A stretch of 64,000 bases of DNA from Minisyncoccota bacterium (GTDB lineage Bacteria; Patescibacteriota; Minisyncoccia; UBA6257; 1-14-0-10-44-23): assembly GCA_041389085.1 (NCBI GenBank), contig JAWKSL010000001.1, positions 228,542 through 292,541 of the forward strand, written 5' to 3'. The notes beneath the pieces are model-generated. The model worked only from the letters and a program-made list of their open reading frames with translations. It ran no database searches and was not told the DNA's origin. This document shows positions 9,128 through 19,060 of this stretch, in pieces; positions within the stretch are counted from its first letter, which is position 1, and every line of letters begins with the position of its first letter. The position numbers were made by a program, and so were the translations under genes.

Positions 9128-10104
9128 TAGAGGCGCGTAGCTTTTAGGTGCTCAATCCCCGCCTCGGTAATGCGCCTGCCCTGCGGGGTTCTATTAAGAA
9201 GCCCGAGGCTTATTAGGTATGGCTCATACACCTCTTCGAGGATACTTTTATCTTCGTTTAATGCTGCCGCAAGTGTTGAAAGCCCCACTGGCCCGTAGTT
9301 GAACTTGTCGGCTATAGCCTCAAGCACCCTTCTGTCGTGCGGGTCGAGCCCAAGACTATCTACCTCGAGCATCTCAAGCGTCTTTCCTGCCACTTCAGCG
9401 TCTACCGACGCTATGTCGTGCACCTGAGCATAGTCTCTTACTCTTCTTAGGAGCCTGTTGGCTACACGAGGGGTGCGCCTACTTGCTTTTGCAACTATTT
9501 TCAGCGCATCTTCTTTTATATCTACCCCGAGAAGCGCTGCATTCCTGCGCAAAATGTCTTCAATATCTTTCTCTTCGTAGTAGTCGAGCTTAAAGCTTGC
9601 TCCAAAACGAGAGCGAAGGGGGTTTGAAAGTAGGTTTGGCCTGGTTGTCGCGGCAATAATAGTAAATGGAGGGAGGTCTAAGTTGAGTGTGCGAGCTCCT
9701 GGGCCCTTTCCTACAATGAGGTGAAGTTTTCTCATCTCCATTGCAGGATAAAGGACCTCCTCGATCAATCTATTTATGCGGTGTATCTCGTCTATAAATA
9801 AAACGTCGTTTGAATTTAAGTTTGTGAGCACCGCTGCTAAGTCCCCCATTTTTTCTAGTGCTGGGCCAGAGGTTATTTTGAGATTTGCTCCCAACTCGCT
9901 TGCCACAAGGTTTGCGAGCGTAGTTTTACCAAGCCCTGCACCTCCGAAGAATAGTAGATGGTCGCAAGCATCGCTTCTTTTCTTTGCTGCGTCGATAATA
10001 ATGCGAAGATTTCTCTTTGCTTTTTCCTGCCCTACGTAGTCTTCCCAGGTTTGGGGCCTTAGTATGGCGTCTATGGCTCTTTCTGGCTCTTTTTCTTCGC
10101 TCAT
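9127..10104 (-). CDS. ruvB: Holliday junction branch migration ATPase RuvB
   Basis: LLFFGGAGLGKTT Walker A and a characteristic RuvB C-terminus. Confidence 0.9.
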   Translation of the reverse strand: MSEEKEPERAIDAILRPQTWEDYVGQEKAKRNLRIIIDAAKKRSDACDHLLFFGGAGLGKTTLANLVASELGANLKITSGPALEKMGDLAAVLTNLNSNDVLFIDEIHRINRLIEEVLYPAMEMRKLHLIVGKGPGARTLNLDLPPFTIIAATTRPNLLSNPLRSRFGASFKLDYYEEKDIEDILRRNAALLGVDIKEDALKIVAKASRRTPRVANRLLRRVRDYAQVHDIASVDAEVAGKTLEMLEVDSLGLDPHDRRVLEAIADKFNYGPVGLSTLAAALNEDKSILEEVYEPYLISLGLLNRTPQGRRITEAGIEHLKATRL

Positions 10105-10197
10105 TTGCTTTGAACTATACCAGAATTAGGGTTTTTTGAGGACGATTTAGCTTCGAGCCCGCCTAACCGCCCTAACGGGGCTTGGGCGGGTAAAGGG

Positions 10198-10228
10198 TTG
10201 ACAAATCTGACATATGTGCTAGTATATG
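10198..10228 (+). promoter_or_regulatory. sigma70-like promoter (TTGACA, 17 nt, tagtatat)
   Basis: Consensus -35 hexamer and an AT-rich -10, on the strand opposite to the flanking ruvB and pilB genes. Confidence 0.4.
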
Positions 10229-10234
10229 CTGCAT

Positions 10235-10424
10235 ATTTGATCTTTCAACATATAAAACGCCCGTTTCGTTGTGGGCTTGGATTAGATACTTAGCACTCGG
10301 AAGAGCTGGTTTCGGCTGGCCCTCTCCTCGGTTCTATTCTGGATTCTCTTTTTATAAGAGTCTTTTTAATCGGTATCCCCCCAGGTGCTGGTTGTGCCCA
10401 CAACGAAACGGGTGTTTTTATTTA
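10235..10424 (+). ncRNA. candidate structured sRNA (~190 nt) closed by a 23-bp stem plus U-tract
   Basis: 10254-10276 aaaacgcccgtttcgttgtgggc pairs with 10396-10418 gcccacaacgaaacgggtgtttt (one G.U), followed by tttatt. There is no ORF. The family is undetermined; 6S-like or SRP-like are possibilities. Confidence 0.3.
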
Positions 10425-12086
10425 CTCTAAAGGGCCGGTAACCTTCTCCAATTCGTCGAGAGTGCTCACTCCTGCAACTACTTTTAGCAGTCCATCTTGC
10501 TGAAGAGTGACGAGGCCATTTTCCTTCGCAAACTTTTGTATCTCTGCCTCGCCGGCATTTTTTTGTATAAGAAATTCTATCTCTTCTCCCATTTTTAATA
10601 TCTCGAATATACCTACTCTACCTCTGTAGCCTGTCTGTCCGCATGTAGCGCACCCCCCTTCCTTCGCTTTCATTACTCTTAGCGCCTCTGGTTTTTTAAC
10701 GCGCTCAGGCAGGGCTGCGATAATGGCTTTTACCTTCTCAATTCTTGGGTCGTTAGTAGCCTCTTCTTTGCAGTTTTCACAAATTTTTCTTATAAGGCGC
10801 TGAGCTATTACTATATTGAGCGCTGGGCCAATAGAGCTTACGGGCGCTCCAAGATTTATGAGGCGTGGAATAACCCCGCTTGCTGAGTTTGTGTGCAGTG
10901 TTGAAAAAACTAAATGGCCGGTAAGCGCCGCCTGCATAGCAGTGTTCGCTGTTTCGGTGTCGCGAATTTCTCCGACAAGAATCACGTCGGGGTCTTGGCG
11001 CATTATTGCCTCTAGCCCACTCGCAAAGGTGTAATTTTTTCTTTTATCTACCTGTGTTTGCTCTATGCGATCAAGGTGGTACTCGATTGGGTCTTCGATG
11101 GTAATGATTTTTATCTCTGAGCTCGCAATGGTTTTTAGAAATGCGTAAAGCGTAGTGGTTTTACCGCTTCCGGTAGGCCCAGTATTTAGAATCATGCCGT
11201 TTGGCCTTTTAATTTCCTGACTTAAAACCTCAAGGTCATCCTCTCTTAGCCCTAGGTCTTTTAATGTTAGTTGAATAACTCGTGGGTCGAGTATTCGCAG
11301 CACGAATGTTTCTCCAAACTCTGACGGAATAGCGCTTACACGAAGGTCGATAGCTGAGTCTCCTACTGAAAAACTAAACCTTCCGTCTTGTGATTTGTTT
11401 TGAACGTTTAGCCTAAGCCCTGATAGAAGCTTTATTCTGCTTACTACGAGCTTGTATGCGCCTTCCGTAAGCTCTGCGTTAATGTCTTGTAGCGCTCCGT
11501 CTACTCGGTAGCGCACTCTCGCTCCTCCCTTCTCTGCCTCAAAGTGAATGTCTGAGGCGCGAAGAGCTAGCGCTCCTGCCAATACAATCTCGAGCACTCT
11601 TCCGATTGATTTTGAATGAATAGCTGACTGTATGCTTTCTGCGATGTCTTCTCTGTTTTTGAATTTACTTGCAAACTCCTCAATTTGAGTATCGATCGCG
11701 TCCATGCGACCAGTCGATATGGTCTTCACCTTAGGCACAAACTTATAAAAGCTCCATGCGTAGACGAGGCTATCTTCTGATGCAAGGAAAATCTTTGCTC
11801 TGTAGCCCTGGCGCAGCAACTTTTGAACTGCAACTTTTGTTTCTTGCGTTGCAGGGTCTGCTGCGGCTACATACACCTCCTTATTTTTGCTTGCGAATGC
11901 AGCAACTTGGGCACTCTTTGCCTCTTGTTCTGGGATAAGAGCAAGGGCCTCGGTTGAGACTGGTAGTGAGTGAAGGTCTACATACCCACTATTCCCTCTT
12001 ACTGCCTGGGCTTTTGTAAGGCGCTCTTGGGAATTTTCCCAAGCCTTTTTAATTCGCTCGTTTATTTCGTTATTGTTTGAGAGCAT
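10422..12086 (-). CDS. pilB: type IV pilus/type II secretion assembly ATPase (PilB/GspE family)
   Basis: GPTGSGKTT Walker A and a C-terminal CxxC zinc tetracysteine. The ORF opens at 12335, but MLSNNNE at 12086 is the likely start because the extension overlaps yebC. Confidence 0.8.
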   Translation of the reverse strand: MLSNNNEINERIKKAWENSQERLTKAQAVRGNSGYVDLHSLPVSTEALALIPEQEAKSAQVAAFASKNKEVYVAAADPATQETKVAVQKLLRQGYRAKIFLASEDSLVYAWSFYKFVPKVKTISTGRMDAIDTQIEEFASKFKNREDIAESIQSAIHSKSIGRVLEIVLAGALALRASDIHFEAEKGGARVRYRVDGALQDINAELTEGAYKLVVSRIKLLSGLRLNVQNKSQDGRFSFSVGDSAIDLRVSAIPSEFGETFVLRILDPRVIQLTLKDLGLREDDLEVLSQEIKRPNGMILNTGPTGSGKTTTLYAFLKTIASSEIKIITIEDPIEYHLDRIEQTQVDKRKNYTFASGLEAIMRQDPDVILVGEIRDTETANTAMQAALTGHLVFSTLHTNSASGVIPRLINLGAPVSSIGPALNIVIAQRLIRKICENCKEEATNDPRIEKVKAIIAALPERVKKPEALRVMKAKEGGCATCGQTGYRGRVGIFEILKMGEEIEFLIQKNAGEAEIQKFAKENGLVTLQQDGLLKVVAGVSTLDELEKVTGPLE

Positions 12087-12141
12087 TGCAATAATTATAG
12101 CGGAATTGAAGCGGATGCGCTGGTTTGCTATGTTGGTACAT

Positions 12142-12669
12142 ATGGCTGGACACAATAAGTGGTCAAAAATCAAACATAAAAAAGCCGCTGCAGACTCAAA
12201 GCGTAGTGGTTTATTTTCTAAACATATTGCTGCAATATCGGTAGCAGCGCGTGAAGGCGCAAACCCAGAGACAAATGCAAAGCTCCGCGCTGTTATCGAC
12301 CGCGCAAAGGCGGCAAATGTTCCGAAGAGCAACATTGAGAGCGCTTTGTCTAAGGCTGGGGCCGAGAAAGATCTTGCCGAGCTTGTACTTGAAGCTTACG
12401 GACCTGCTGGGGTTGGAATTTTAATAAGCGTTATAACTGACAATACTAATCGCAGTATTTCTGAACTTAAAAAACTTATTGCGGATGCGGGTGGGAAGTT
12501 TGCCGACGTAGGAAGTGTGAAGTGGGCTTTTGAACAATCTCAAGACTATCAGTGGGTCGCAAAGTTCCCGCAGACAGTTGATGCTGCAGCTAAATCAGAC
12601 CTTGAAAGAATTGTTTCTGAGATAGAACAACACCCTGATGTTCAGGGTGTTGTAACAAGCGCTGCTTAG
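12142..12669 (+). CDS. yebC: YebC/PmpR family transcriptional regulator (short form)
   Basis: MAGHNKWSKIKHKKA start. At 175 aa it is shorter than the typical ~240 aa. Confidence 0.7.
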   Translation: MAGHNKWSKIKHKKAAADSKRSGLFSKHIAAISVAAREGANPETNAKLRAVIDRAKAANVPKSNIESALSKAGAEKDLAELVLEAYGPAGVGILISVITDNTNRSISELKKLIADAGGKFADVGSVKWAFEQSQDYQWVAKFPQTVDAAAKSDLERIVSEIEQHPDVQGVVTSAA

Positions 12670-15167
12670 TTTTCTTTTCGTAGTGTAAGTTCTGCTTCGT
12701 AAGTATCCCTATCTTCGTCGCGCACCCTTACTCGCAGGGTGTTTTTGGTTTTTAGTATATCTTCGTCGAACTGAACTGTTTGATTGTAGGTATAGCTTTC
12801 CTCAAAGAATCCCTGCTGCTCATCGATAAGATTGTTGTTGAGATACACCTTTATCTCTTTTATTTTTTTCTCCAGCACTATGCTCATCTGTAGATTGATT
12901 GAGTCACCTGAAATTGTGCCGTTGTTTTCAGGGCTAATAATCACCACTGATTGGTCCTCTGATATCTGGCTTATTTTGCTTGGGTCATACGGCTCAGGTA
13001 TTGAGCCTGGCGGAATCGTTTGGTTGTACTGGCCTGAGTCAAATCCTGGCACGTTTTCTTTTGCCCATTGATTTACTGAGCTCTCCCAGTTTGCATACTG
13101 CGGATCTGCTGCGCGCTGTGGCTCTAGCCCAAGAGGGTTGTTTTTGTCGATGTAGAAAAGGATGTTGTGCACCTGTGGGTAGTCGTCTCCTCCATCTTTA
13201 TAGTTTACGATTGGCGATCCGTTCAGTATTGGTTTGTCTGTTTGCGGAGCCTCAACTATGGCAAAGTTTTCACTTTCTGTTTCTGGAAGTGCCTCTCTTA
13301 GGAATGCGCTCCACATTGGAATAGCAGAGAATACGTATCCCCCGTTTGGACTCATTGGCTTATTGTCGTTGTTTCCTGTCCAAATACCGACAGCAAAGTT
13401 TGGTGTATATCCAAACGCCCATACATCGCGGTAGTCATTACTTGTTCCAGTCTTAAGAGCTACGTCGTAGCCTGGAAATACTGTGAGTCCAAGGCTATTC
13501 CTAAATAGCCCTGATCGGAGCTCGGCGCTTGAAAGAATGTTGTTTATAAGACGTGGATATTCTTTTGCTACCACTCTTTTTTCTTCCGGCTCAAATTCTT
13601 CGAGGATGTTTCCGTCTCTATCTTCAATGCGTAAAATATAGCTTTGTGGGTGGTAAACTCCTTCCTCTGCAAGAGTGGCATATGCTCCTACAAGCTGCTT
13701 CAGCGTTACCTCTCCTCCTCCAAGCACCAGAGAAAGCCCAATCCTGTCTTTATCCTCAAGTGTTGTGACTCCAAAGTCTCTTAGGGTTTGAATGACATTG
13801 TCGATTCCTGCTATGTAAAGTGTTTTTACTGCTGGGATGTTCATTGACTGGGCAAGCGCAACCTCAAGCTGTACTGGCCCTCTAAATGCAAAGTCAAAGT
13901 TTTTTGGCTGGTAACTTTTTGCTCCTGCTGCAGCAAACTCTGTAAGCACATCAAACACAACCGTCTTAGGGGTTAACCCTTTCTTAAAGGCAGTCATATA
14001 GGTAAATGGCTTTGTTGCAGATCCTGGCTGTCTTAGCCCCTGAGTGGCTACGTTAAAGTTTCCATCTATATCTTCACTAAAGTAGTCCTTCGAGCCCACC
14101 ATGGCTAAAATTTGGCCAGTGTTGGTGTCTTGGGCAACGAGCGCAGCATTTGTTCCTCCGTAAAGCTCAGTGTTTCTTTCAACCCCTTCAGCAATTACCT
14201 TCTCTGCTATTTGTTGTATGTCCCAGTCGAGAGTTGTTATGACTTTTAGCCCTGAGCGGCGCACAAAATCCTCTCCGTATTTATCGATTAAGTATTCTTG
14301 AACTTCTATAGAAAAGTGAGGCGCCTTCAGCGCTCCTTTTGATTTCTCAAACTCAAATTCGTACTCCTGTGCGTCTACTTTTTCTTCGAGAGTTATGTAC
14401 CCAAGATCGTACATTCGCTCAAGCACATAGTTTTTTCTATTTAGTAGGTCCTCTACGTGTGAACCCCATGGTGAGTAGTAGGTAGGTGCTTGCGGAAGGC
14501 TTGCCAAAAGTGCTGCTTGAGGGAGATTTAACTCGCTTGCTGACATATTGAAGTATGTTTGCGATGCTGACTCTATTCCGTAAGCGTTTCCCCCGTATGG
14601 AATTTGGTTTAGGTAGAGGTGGAGAATTTCATCTTTTGTAAATTGCTTTTCAAGGCGCATTGCTAAAATGAGCTCCTTAATTTTTCGGATATAGCTCTTT
14701 TCTGGTGTTAGGAATGCGTTTTTTGCGAGCTGTTGCGTGATAGTTGATCCTCCTTGCTGCTTGCTGCCGGCCATAATATTTGCCACTACTGCACGTGCAA
14801 TAGCTGGAAGATCGATAGCTCCATGCTCATAGAAGCTCTCGTCTTCTATAGCAATCGTTGCGTTGCGCACGTAGTCTGGAACCTCGTCTTTTGATATAAC
14901 CGTTCGACGTTCTTCTTCAAAGAGCTCATACAGAAGGGTTTCTTCTGTTCGGTCGTATATTTTTGTTGACTCGATAACTTGTTGCTCTCCGAGTTCCTGC
15001 GGCGAAGGAAGGTCGTAGGTGAAGAAAAGGAAAATTCCGGCAAAAATAATACCGCACAAAACAGCGGTTAAAAATGAAAATAAGAAGATATGTTTCATTA
15101 TCTTCTTTTTTGTTCCTTCGGTAATAAATTTTCGGCGCTTAAACATGCGCCCAAAGAGGCTCTTCAT
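12666..15167 (-). CDS. class A penicillin-binding protein (transglycosylase + transpeptidase) with long C-terminal extension
   Basis: EDESFYEHGAID...GGSTITQQLAKN matches the GT51 domain; SATKP transpeptidase motif. Confidence 0.8.
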   Translation of the reverse strand: MKSLFGRMFKRRKFITEGTKKKIMKHIFLFSFLTAVLCGIIFAGIFLFFTYDLPSPQELGEQQVIESTKIYDRTEETLLYELFEEERRTVISKDEVPDYVRNATIAIEDESFYEHGAIDLPAIARAVVANIMAGSKQQGGSTITQQLAKNAFLTPEKSYIRKIKELILAMRLEKQFTKDEILHLYLNQIPYGGNAYGIESASQTYFNMSASELNLPQAALLASLPQAPTYYSPWGSHVEDLLNRKNYVLERMYDLGYITLEEKVDAQEYEFEFEKSKGALKAPHFSIEVQEYLIDKYGEDFVRRSGLKVITTLDWDIQQIAEKVIAEGVERNTELYGGTNAALVAQDTNTGQILAMVGSKDYFSEDIDGNFNVATQGLRQPGSATKPFTYMTAFKKGLTPKTVVFDVLTEFAAAGAKSYQPKNFDFAFRGPVQLEVALAQSMNIPAVKTLYIAGIDNVIQTLRDFGVTTLEDKDRIGLSLVLGGGEVTLKQLVGAYATLAEEGVYHPQSYILRIEDRDGNILEEFEPEEKRVVAKEYPRLINNILSSAELRSGLFRNSLGLTVFPGYDVALKTGTSNDYRDVWAFGYTPNFAVGIWTGNNDNKPMSPNGGYVFSAIPMWSAFLREALPETESENFAIVEAPQTDKPILNGSPIVNYKDGGDDYPQVHNILFYIDKNNPLGLEPQRAADPQYANWESSVNQWAKENVPGFDSGQYNQTIPPGSIPEPYDPSKISQISEDQSVVIISPENNGTISGDSINLQMSIVLEKKIKEIKVYLNNNLIDEQQGFFEESYTYNQTVQFDEDILKTKNTLRVRVRDEDRDTYEAELTLRKEN

Positions 15168-15194
15168 TTCTTGTTAATACTAGCGCGGGTTTAT

Positions 15195-15677
15195 CTAATT
15201 TTCTAGCTTCCTCGCTTTATACTCCATCGCTGATGCGATAGCAATAGCGACTGCGTCTGCAGTATTGTCTTCCTTAATTTCTTCTTTAAGGTTTAGAATT
15301 CTTGCTGTTATTTTAGAAACTGCTTTTTTATCTGCAGATCCATATCCGACTACAGTGCTTTTTACCTGCATCGGTGTTAGTTCAACAAGATTTTTTTGAA
15401 CACTGAGCGCTTGCGCTACTATTACTCCCCTTGCTTGAGCCACCTCGATAGCAGTTTTTTTATTTTTAGCGAAAAATAATTTTTCTACCCCAATTATATC
15501 TGGTTTGTATTCTTCGATTATTTTATTTATCTCGTTTTTAATTTCGAGAAGTTTATAGCTTGGATCTTTTTCTTTTATCTCTAAAAGCCCACAGTCTTCT
15601 AACGTAAATACCCCCTCATCTCTTACTAACGCATACCCTATTAGAGTACTTCCTGGATCTATACCAAGTACGCGCAT
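15195..15677 (-). CDS. ruvC: Holliday junction resolvase RuvC
   Basis: MRVLGIDPGS start. Confidence 0.85.
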   Translation of the reverse strand: MRVLGIDPGSTLIGYALVRDEGVFTLEDCGLLEIKEKDPSYKLLEIKNEINKIIEEYKPDIIGVEKLFFAKNKKTAIEVAQARGVIVAQALSVQKNLVELTPMQVKSTVVGYGSADKKAVSKITARILNLKEEIKEDNTADAVAIAIASAMEYKARKLEN

Positions 15678-15678
15678 C

Positions 15679-16788
15679 TTAGCTTTCAAGCGGCATTACG
15701 ATGTAAAACATTGAGTCGTCTCCTTGTGGTTTTATCATCGCTGGTTTTTGGGTTGAGTTTAGACTAAATACTATTTCTTCTTGTGAAATTGACTGAAGTC
15801 CTGCTAAAAGATAGCGCCAGTTAAAGGTTATTTCGTTTATATCTTTTCCTTCGCGCTTTACTGGGATTTTATAGTTATTTTCTCCAAGAGATTGAGTACT
15901 TGAATATATTTCTAGGAAATTTGTGTCTTCTTTTAGTGAAAGTTTCACCTCTGTTGTTTTCCCTGAAAAGCTACTTACTAGCCGCATAGCATTTATAAGC
16001 TCAGATCTGTCGATGTGGAGTGTTGTAGTGAAGTCTTTTGGAATTATTCCTTGATAGTCTGGGTACTCCCCACTAATTACGCGTGAGATAACACTACTAC
16101 TCTCTGACTCAAATAGAACTTGGTTTTCATCTTTCGCTATTGTTACCTCTTCGCTGTTTTCAAAAACTTTTATAACCTCATTTACTGTCATTAGAGGAAT
16201 AATCACTCTAAACCCTTCATCGAAAGTCGATTCAAAATCGGTATTGAGAAGGGTTTTTTCTGCGAGACGGAAGCTGTCGGTTGCTGCGAGCTTTAAAATT
16301 CCTATTTGATAGTCAAAAAGTATACCTGAGAGCTCTGGTTTAAGCTCTGAAATTTGCGCTGCGTTTATAACTTGTGAAATTGCTGACTTAAGAGTTTCTG
16401 TTTTTATCTTTATGTTTTTCTCGCGCTCCTCTATTTTAGGAATTATTGGAAACTCATCTGCTTTTAAGCCCTGAATCTTCGCTTCATAGTTATCGGTTTT
16501 CACATTTAAAACCTCTCCGTCTAGCTGGAGTGTTACTCTTTCTGACTGAGTGTTGTTTACGATGCTAAATAGTGGATGAAATGGAATTGTTATCTCCCCT
16601 GTTTCAACAACTTTGCATGCAGCTTTTGTTTTTATCGCGAGTTCAAGATTTGTACTCGTGATAGTAAGACTTTTATCTGCACTTAATAAAACATTTTTCA
16701 GTATTGGAAGGTTTGAATTTTGAGTTACTGCTCGTTCTGTTTTTATAAGAGCTGTTTTTAAATTGTCTTTAAGTATTATCAACTGCAT
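15679..16788 (-). CDS. dnaN: DNA polymerase III beta sliding clamp
   Basis: MQLIILKDNLKTALIKTERAVTQNSNLPIL... is a good match to DnaN N-terminus; 369 aa. Confidence 0.85.
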   Translation of the reverse strand: MQLIILKDNLKTALIKTERAVTQNSNLPILKNVLLSADKSLTITSTNLELAIKTKAACKVVETGEITIPFHPLFSIVNNTQSERVTLQLDGEVLNVKTDNYEAKIQGLKADEFPIIPKIEEREKNIKIKTETLKSAISQVINAAQISELKPELSGILFDYQIGILKLAATDSFRLAEKTLLNTDFESTFDEGFRVIIPLMTVNEVIKVFENSEEVTIAKDENQVLFESESSSVISRVISGEYPDYQGIIPKDFTTTLHIDRSELINAMRLVSSFSGKTTEVKLSLKEDTNFLEIYSSTQSLGENNYKIPVKREGKDINEITFNWRYLLAGLQSISQEEIVFSLNSTQKPAMIKPQGDDSMFYIVMPLES

Positions 16789-17011
16789 AGGTTTGGTTAT
16801 TTAAGTTAAAAAGAATAGTAGTTGTAGTAGGGCTTGTTAATTTGTGGATGAGTTAGTCGCAATGTTGATGAATACTAGTTTAAATTGCTGTTTGGGGTGT
16901 GGGTTTCTTGTGGGGAAAACCTTGGTGATTTTGTGAATAACTTTGGATGTTTTAATTTTCCTCCTTTTTTATCCCCACCACTATCCTCTCTATCAATAAT
17001 TTATACCCACC
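16789..17011. promoter_or_regulatory. candidate oriC segment (dnaA-dnaN intergenic) with DnaA-box-like 9-mers
   Basis: tgtggatga, ttatccccac and tgtgaataa are each 1-2 mismatches from TTATCCACA; an AT-rich tract (tatttaagttaaaaagaatag) is present. Confidence 0.5.
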
Positions 17012-18427
17012 TTATTCCTTGCCAATATGGTCTTTAATCAGCATTATCTTCTGATTTAAGACTTGGTTTTTCCCGACCTCTTTTGAAATCTTTTCATATG
17101 CATAAATTGCTGTTGTGTGGTCTCTTTTACCCATTTTTTCACCAATAGCTGGGTAACTAAGGTTTAGTAGGTCGCGAAGAAGGTACATAGCTATCTGACG
17201 AGGCTCTACAACCTCCTTTTTTCTACTCTGGCCGGTGATGTCGGTGAGAGACATATCAAAAGACTCAGCCACCGCTTTAATAAGGGCTTGAGGAGAGATG
17301 TTTTTAGTAGGTTCTTGAACTATTTCGTTGATAATTTCTTCCGCTATCTTCGGACTTATCTTGGTGTTTTTTATGTTTTGGTAAAAAGTGAGTCTGTTTA
17401 TCACCCCTTCAAGCTCTCGGAAGTTCTTCTGAATACGATTTGCGATAACCTGCACTACCTCATCAGAAAGATTTACCTGTTTTTCATCAAGCTTAGCTTT
17501 AAGAATTGCAAAACGAAGCTCGTAGTCTGGTGGAGCTATATCTACAATCATTCCCCCTTCGAATCGTGAGCGAAGACGCTCAGCGAGATCGGGCATAAAC
17601 TTCGGCGGCTTATCAGAAGATATGATTATCTGCTTATTGTTCTCGTAAAGGGCGTTAAAAGTGTGGAAAAATTCCTCCTCAGTTGAAGCCTTACCCATAA
17701 TAAACTGGATATCGTCGATTATAAGGAGGTCTACAAGGCGATATTTTTCTTTCATAGTGTCCATTCGCTTGTTACGAATAGCCCAAATAACGTCGTTAGT
17801 GAATTTTTCACTCGAAACATAACGAACCCTTACTGTATTGTTGTATTTTTTCTTAATCGCGTTACCAACGCCTTGAATAAGGTGGGTTTTCCCAAGCCCT
17901 ACTCCCCCGTAAATAAAGAGCGGGTTGTATTTTGTACCCACATTATCTACAACAGCGCTCGCTGCCGCGTGGCTGAGCTCATTTGCCTTTCCAACCACAA
18001 AAGAATCGAGTGTATAACGCGGATTGAGGTTTGTTTCTGGGTCGATTTTAAACTCAGGGAAGGCTTGTTGGTTGGCGCTTACTACTTGCTTAGCCTCTTT
18101 TGCTCTCTTCGCCTTAATTCTTTGTGCAAGTTTTGAGCTATGAACTACAAACTCGATTTTTGTGATCGTTCCATCGAGATTTCTTAGTGCTGCAAAAACA
18201 ATTTTTGAATATTTGTTTTCAATCCACTCCTTCGCAAAGGTGTTTGGGAGGGCAACAAACCCACAGTTATCTTTTTTCTCAATAAGTTGGGTGTTTTTAA
18301 ACCACGTAACAAAGTTTGGTTTAGAGATTTGCATTTCAATCTCAGCAAGCGCCTGATCCCACAACCCATTTAGGTCGGTGAGCTCTTTCTCTGCTGTTGT
18401 CTGGGCGCTTGTCTGTTTTGGTGACAT
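17012..18427 (-). CDS. dnaA: chromosomal replication initiator DnaA
   Basis: GGVGLGKTHL Walker A and a C-terminal DNA-binding domain. Confidence 0.9.
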   Translation of the reverse strand: MSPKQTSAQTTAEKELTDLNGLWDQALAEIEMQISKPNFVTWFKNTQLIEKKDNCGFVALPNTFAKEWIENKYSKIVFAALRNLDGTITKIEFVVHSSKLAQRIKAKRAKEAKQVVSANQQAFPEFKIDPETNLNPRYTLDSFVVGKANELSHAAASAVVDNVGTKYNPLFIYGGVGLGKTHLIQGVGNAIKKKYNNTVRVRYVSSEKFTNDVIWAIRNKRMDTMKEKYRLVDLLIIDDIQFIMGKASTEEEFFHTFNALYENNKQIIISSDKPPKFMPDLAERLRSRFEGGMIVDIAPPDYELRFAILKAKLDEKQVNLSDEVVQVIANRIQKNFRELEGVINRLTFYQNIKNTKISPKIAEEIINEIVQEPTKNISPQALIKAVAESFDMSLTDITGQSRKKEVVEPRQIAMYLLRDLLNLSYPAIGEKMGKRDHTTAIYAYEKISKEVGKNQVLNQKIMLIKDHIGKE

Positions 18428-18598
18428 TGAAATGGTGTTGGTTTTAGCTAGTATGCCTTTGATTCTAATGAAATAGCAAGGGGGGTGTAAAACACTAAAG
18501 TTCGGACAATCTGTGAGTAAGCTGTGGAAAACATTTTAACACTTCTTCTCGACTTGAAAAAATTCGGAATACCTTGTATAGTTTGGGAAATTCAAATT
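18428..18598. promoter_or_regulatory. dnaA upstream / rpmH promoter region with a DnaA-box-like motif
   Basis: ctgtggaaaac (reverse complement ttttccacag). Divergent dnaA and rpmH promoters are expected here. Confidence 0.4.
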
Positions 18599-18733
18599 TA
18601 TGAGTCAGACATACAACCCAAAGAAGCGTAAAAGGGCTCGAACTCACGGTTTTCGCAAGCGAAACAGCACTAGCAATGGTAAAAAGGTAATTGCGCGCCG
18701 CCGTGCAAAAGGTAGAAAGCGAGTTACTGTATA
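18599..18733 (+). CDS. rpmH: 50S ribosomal protein L34
   Basis: [21 protein letters not shown]...; 44 aa, below the ORF-track length cutoff. Confidence 0.85.
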
Positions 18734-18739
18734 AAGCCC

Positions 18740-19060
18740 ATGTTGGCGAAGAAATACCGACTTCCAGTTCAATCCACCCTTAAAAAGAGGGCAGAGACGA
18801 CAGCGCGAGGACGGTATTTTTTGATTAAAAAATACAAAGCTTCTCACTCCTATGCTCGGATAGCCTTTGTGGTATCCACAAAGGTCTCTAAAAAAGCTGT
18901 TGAGAGGAACAGGGTGCGCCGTGCTTTGTATAGCGCAGCAGGTACGGTTCTTGATTCCGTTAAGGTATTTGATTATGTTGTTATAGCCTCCCCTACCATG
19001 CCTAGTCTTTGCGAAGAAGGTGAGAGTGCTATAGTTAATGAACTTAAAAAACTACTATAA
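18740..19060 (+). CDS. rnpA: RNase P protein component
   Basis: Position after rpmH; basic 106-aa protein. Confidence 0.7.
   Translation: MLAKKYRLPVQSTLKKRAETTARGRYFLIKKYKASHSYARIAFVVSTKVSKKAVERNRVRRALYSAAGTVLDSVKVFDYVVIASPTMPSLCEEGESAIVNELKKLL

Noticed and set aside
10105-10200. Hairpin agcccgcctaaccgccctaacggggcttgggcgggt upstream of ruvB as a separate element
   Set aside because: Imperfect stem without a U-tract. It is probably part of the ruvB leader or promoter region, so it is not called.
12087-12335. 83-aa N-terminal extension of the PilB ORF
   Set aside because: It overlaps yebC on the other strand and has no ATPase-family features. MLSNNNE is the conserved-looking start.
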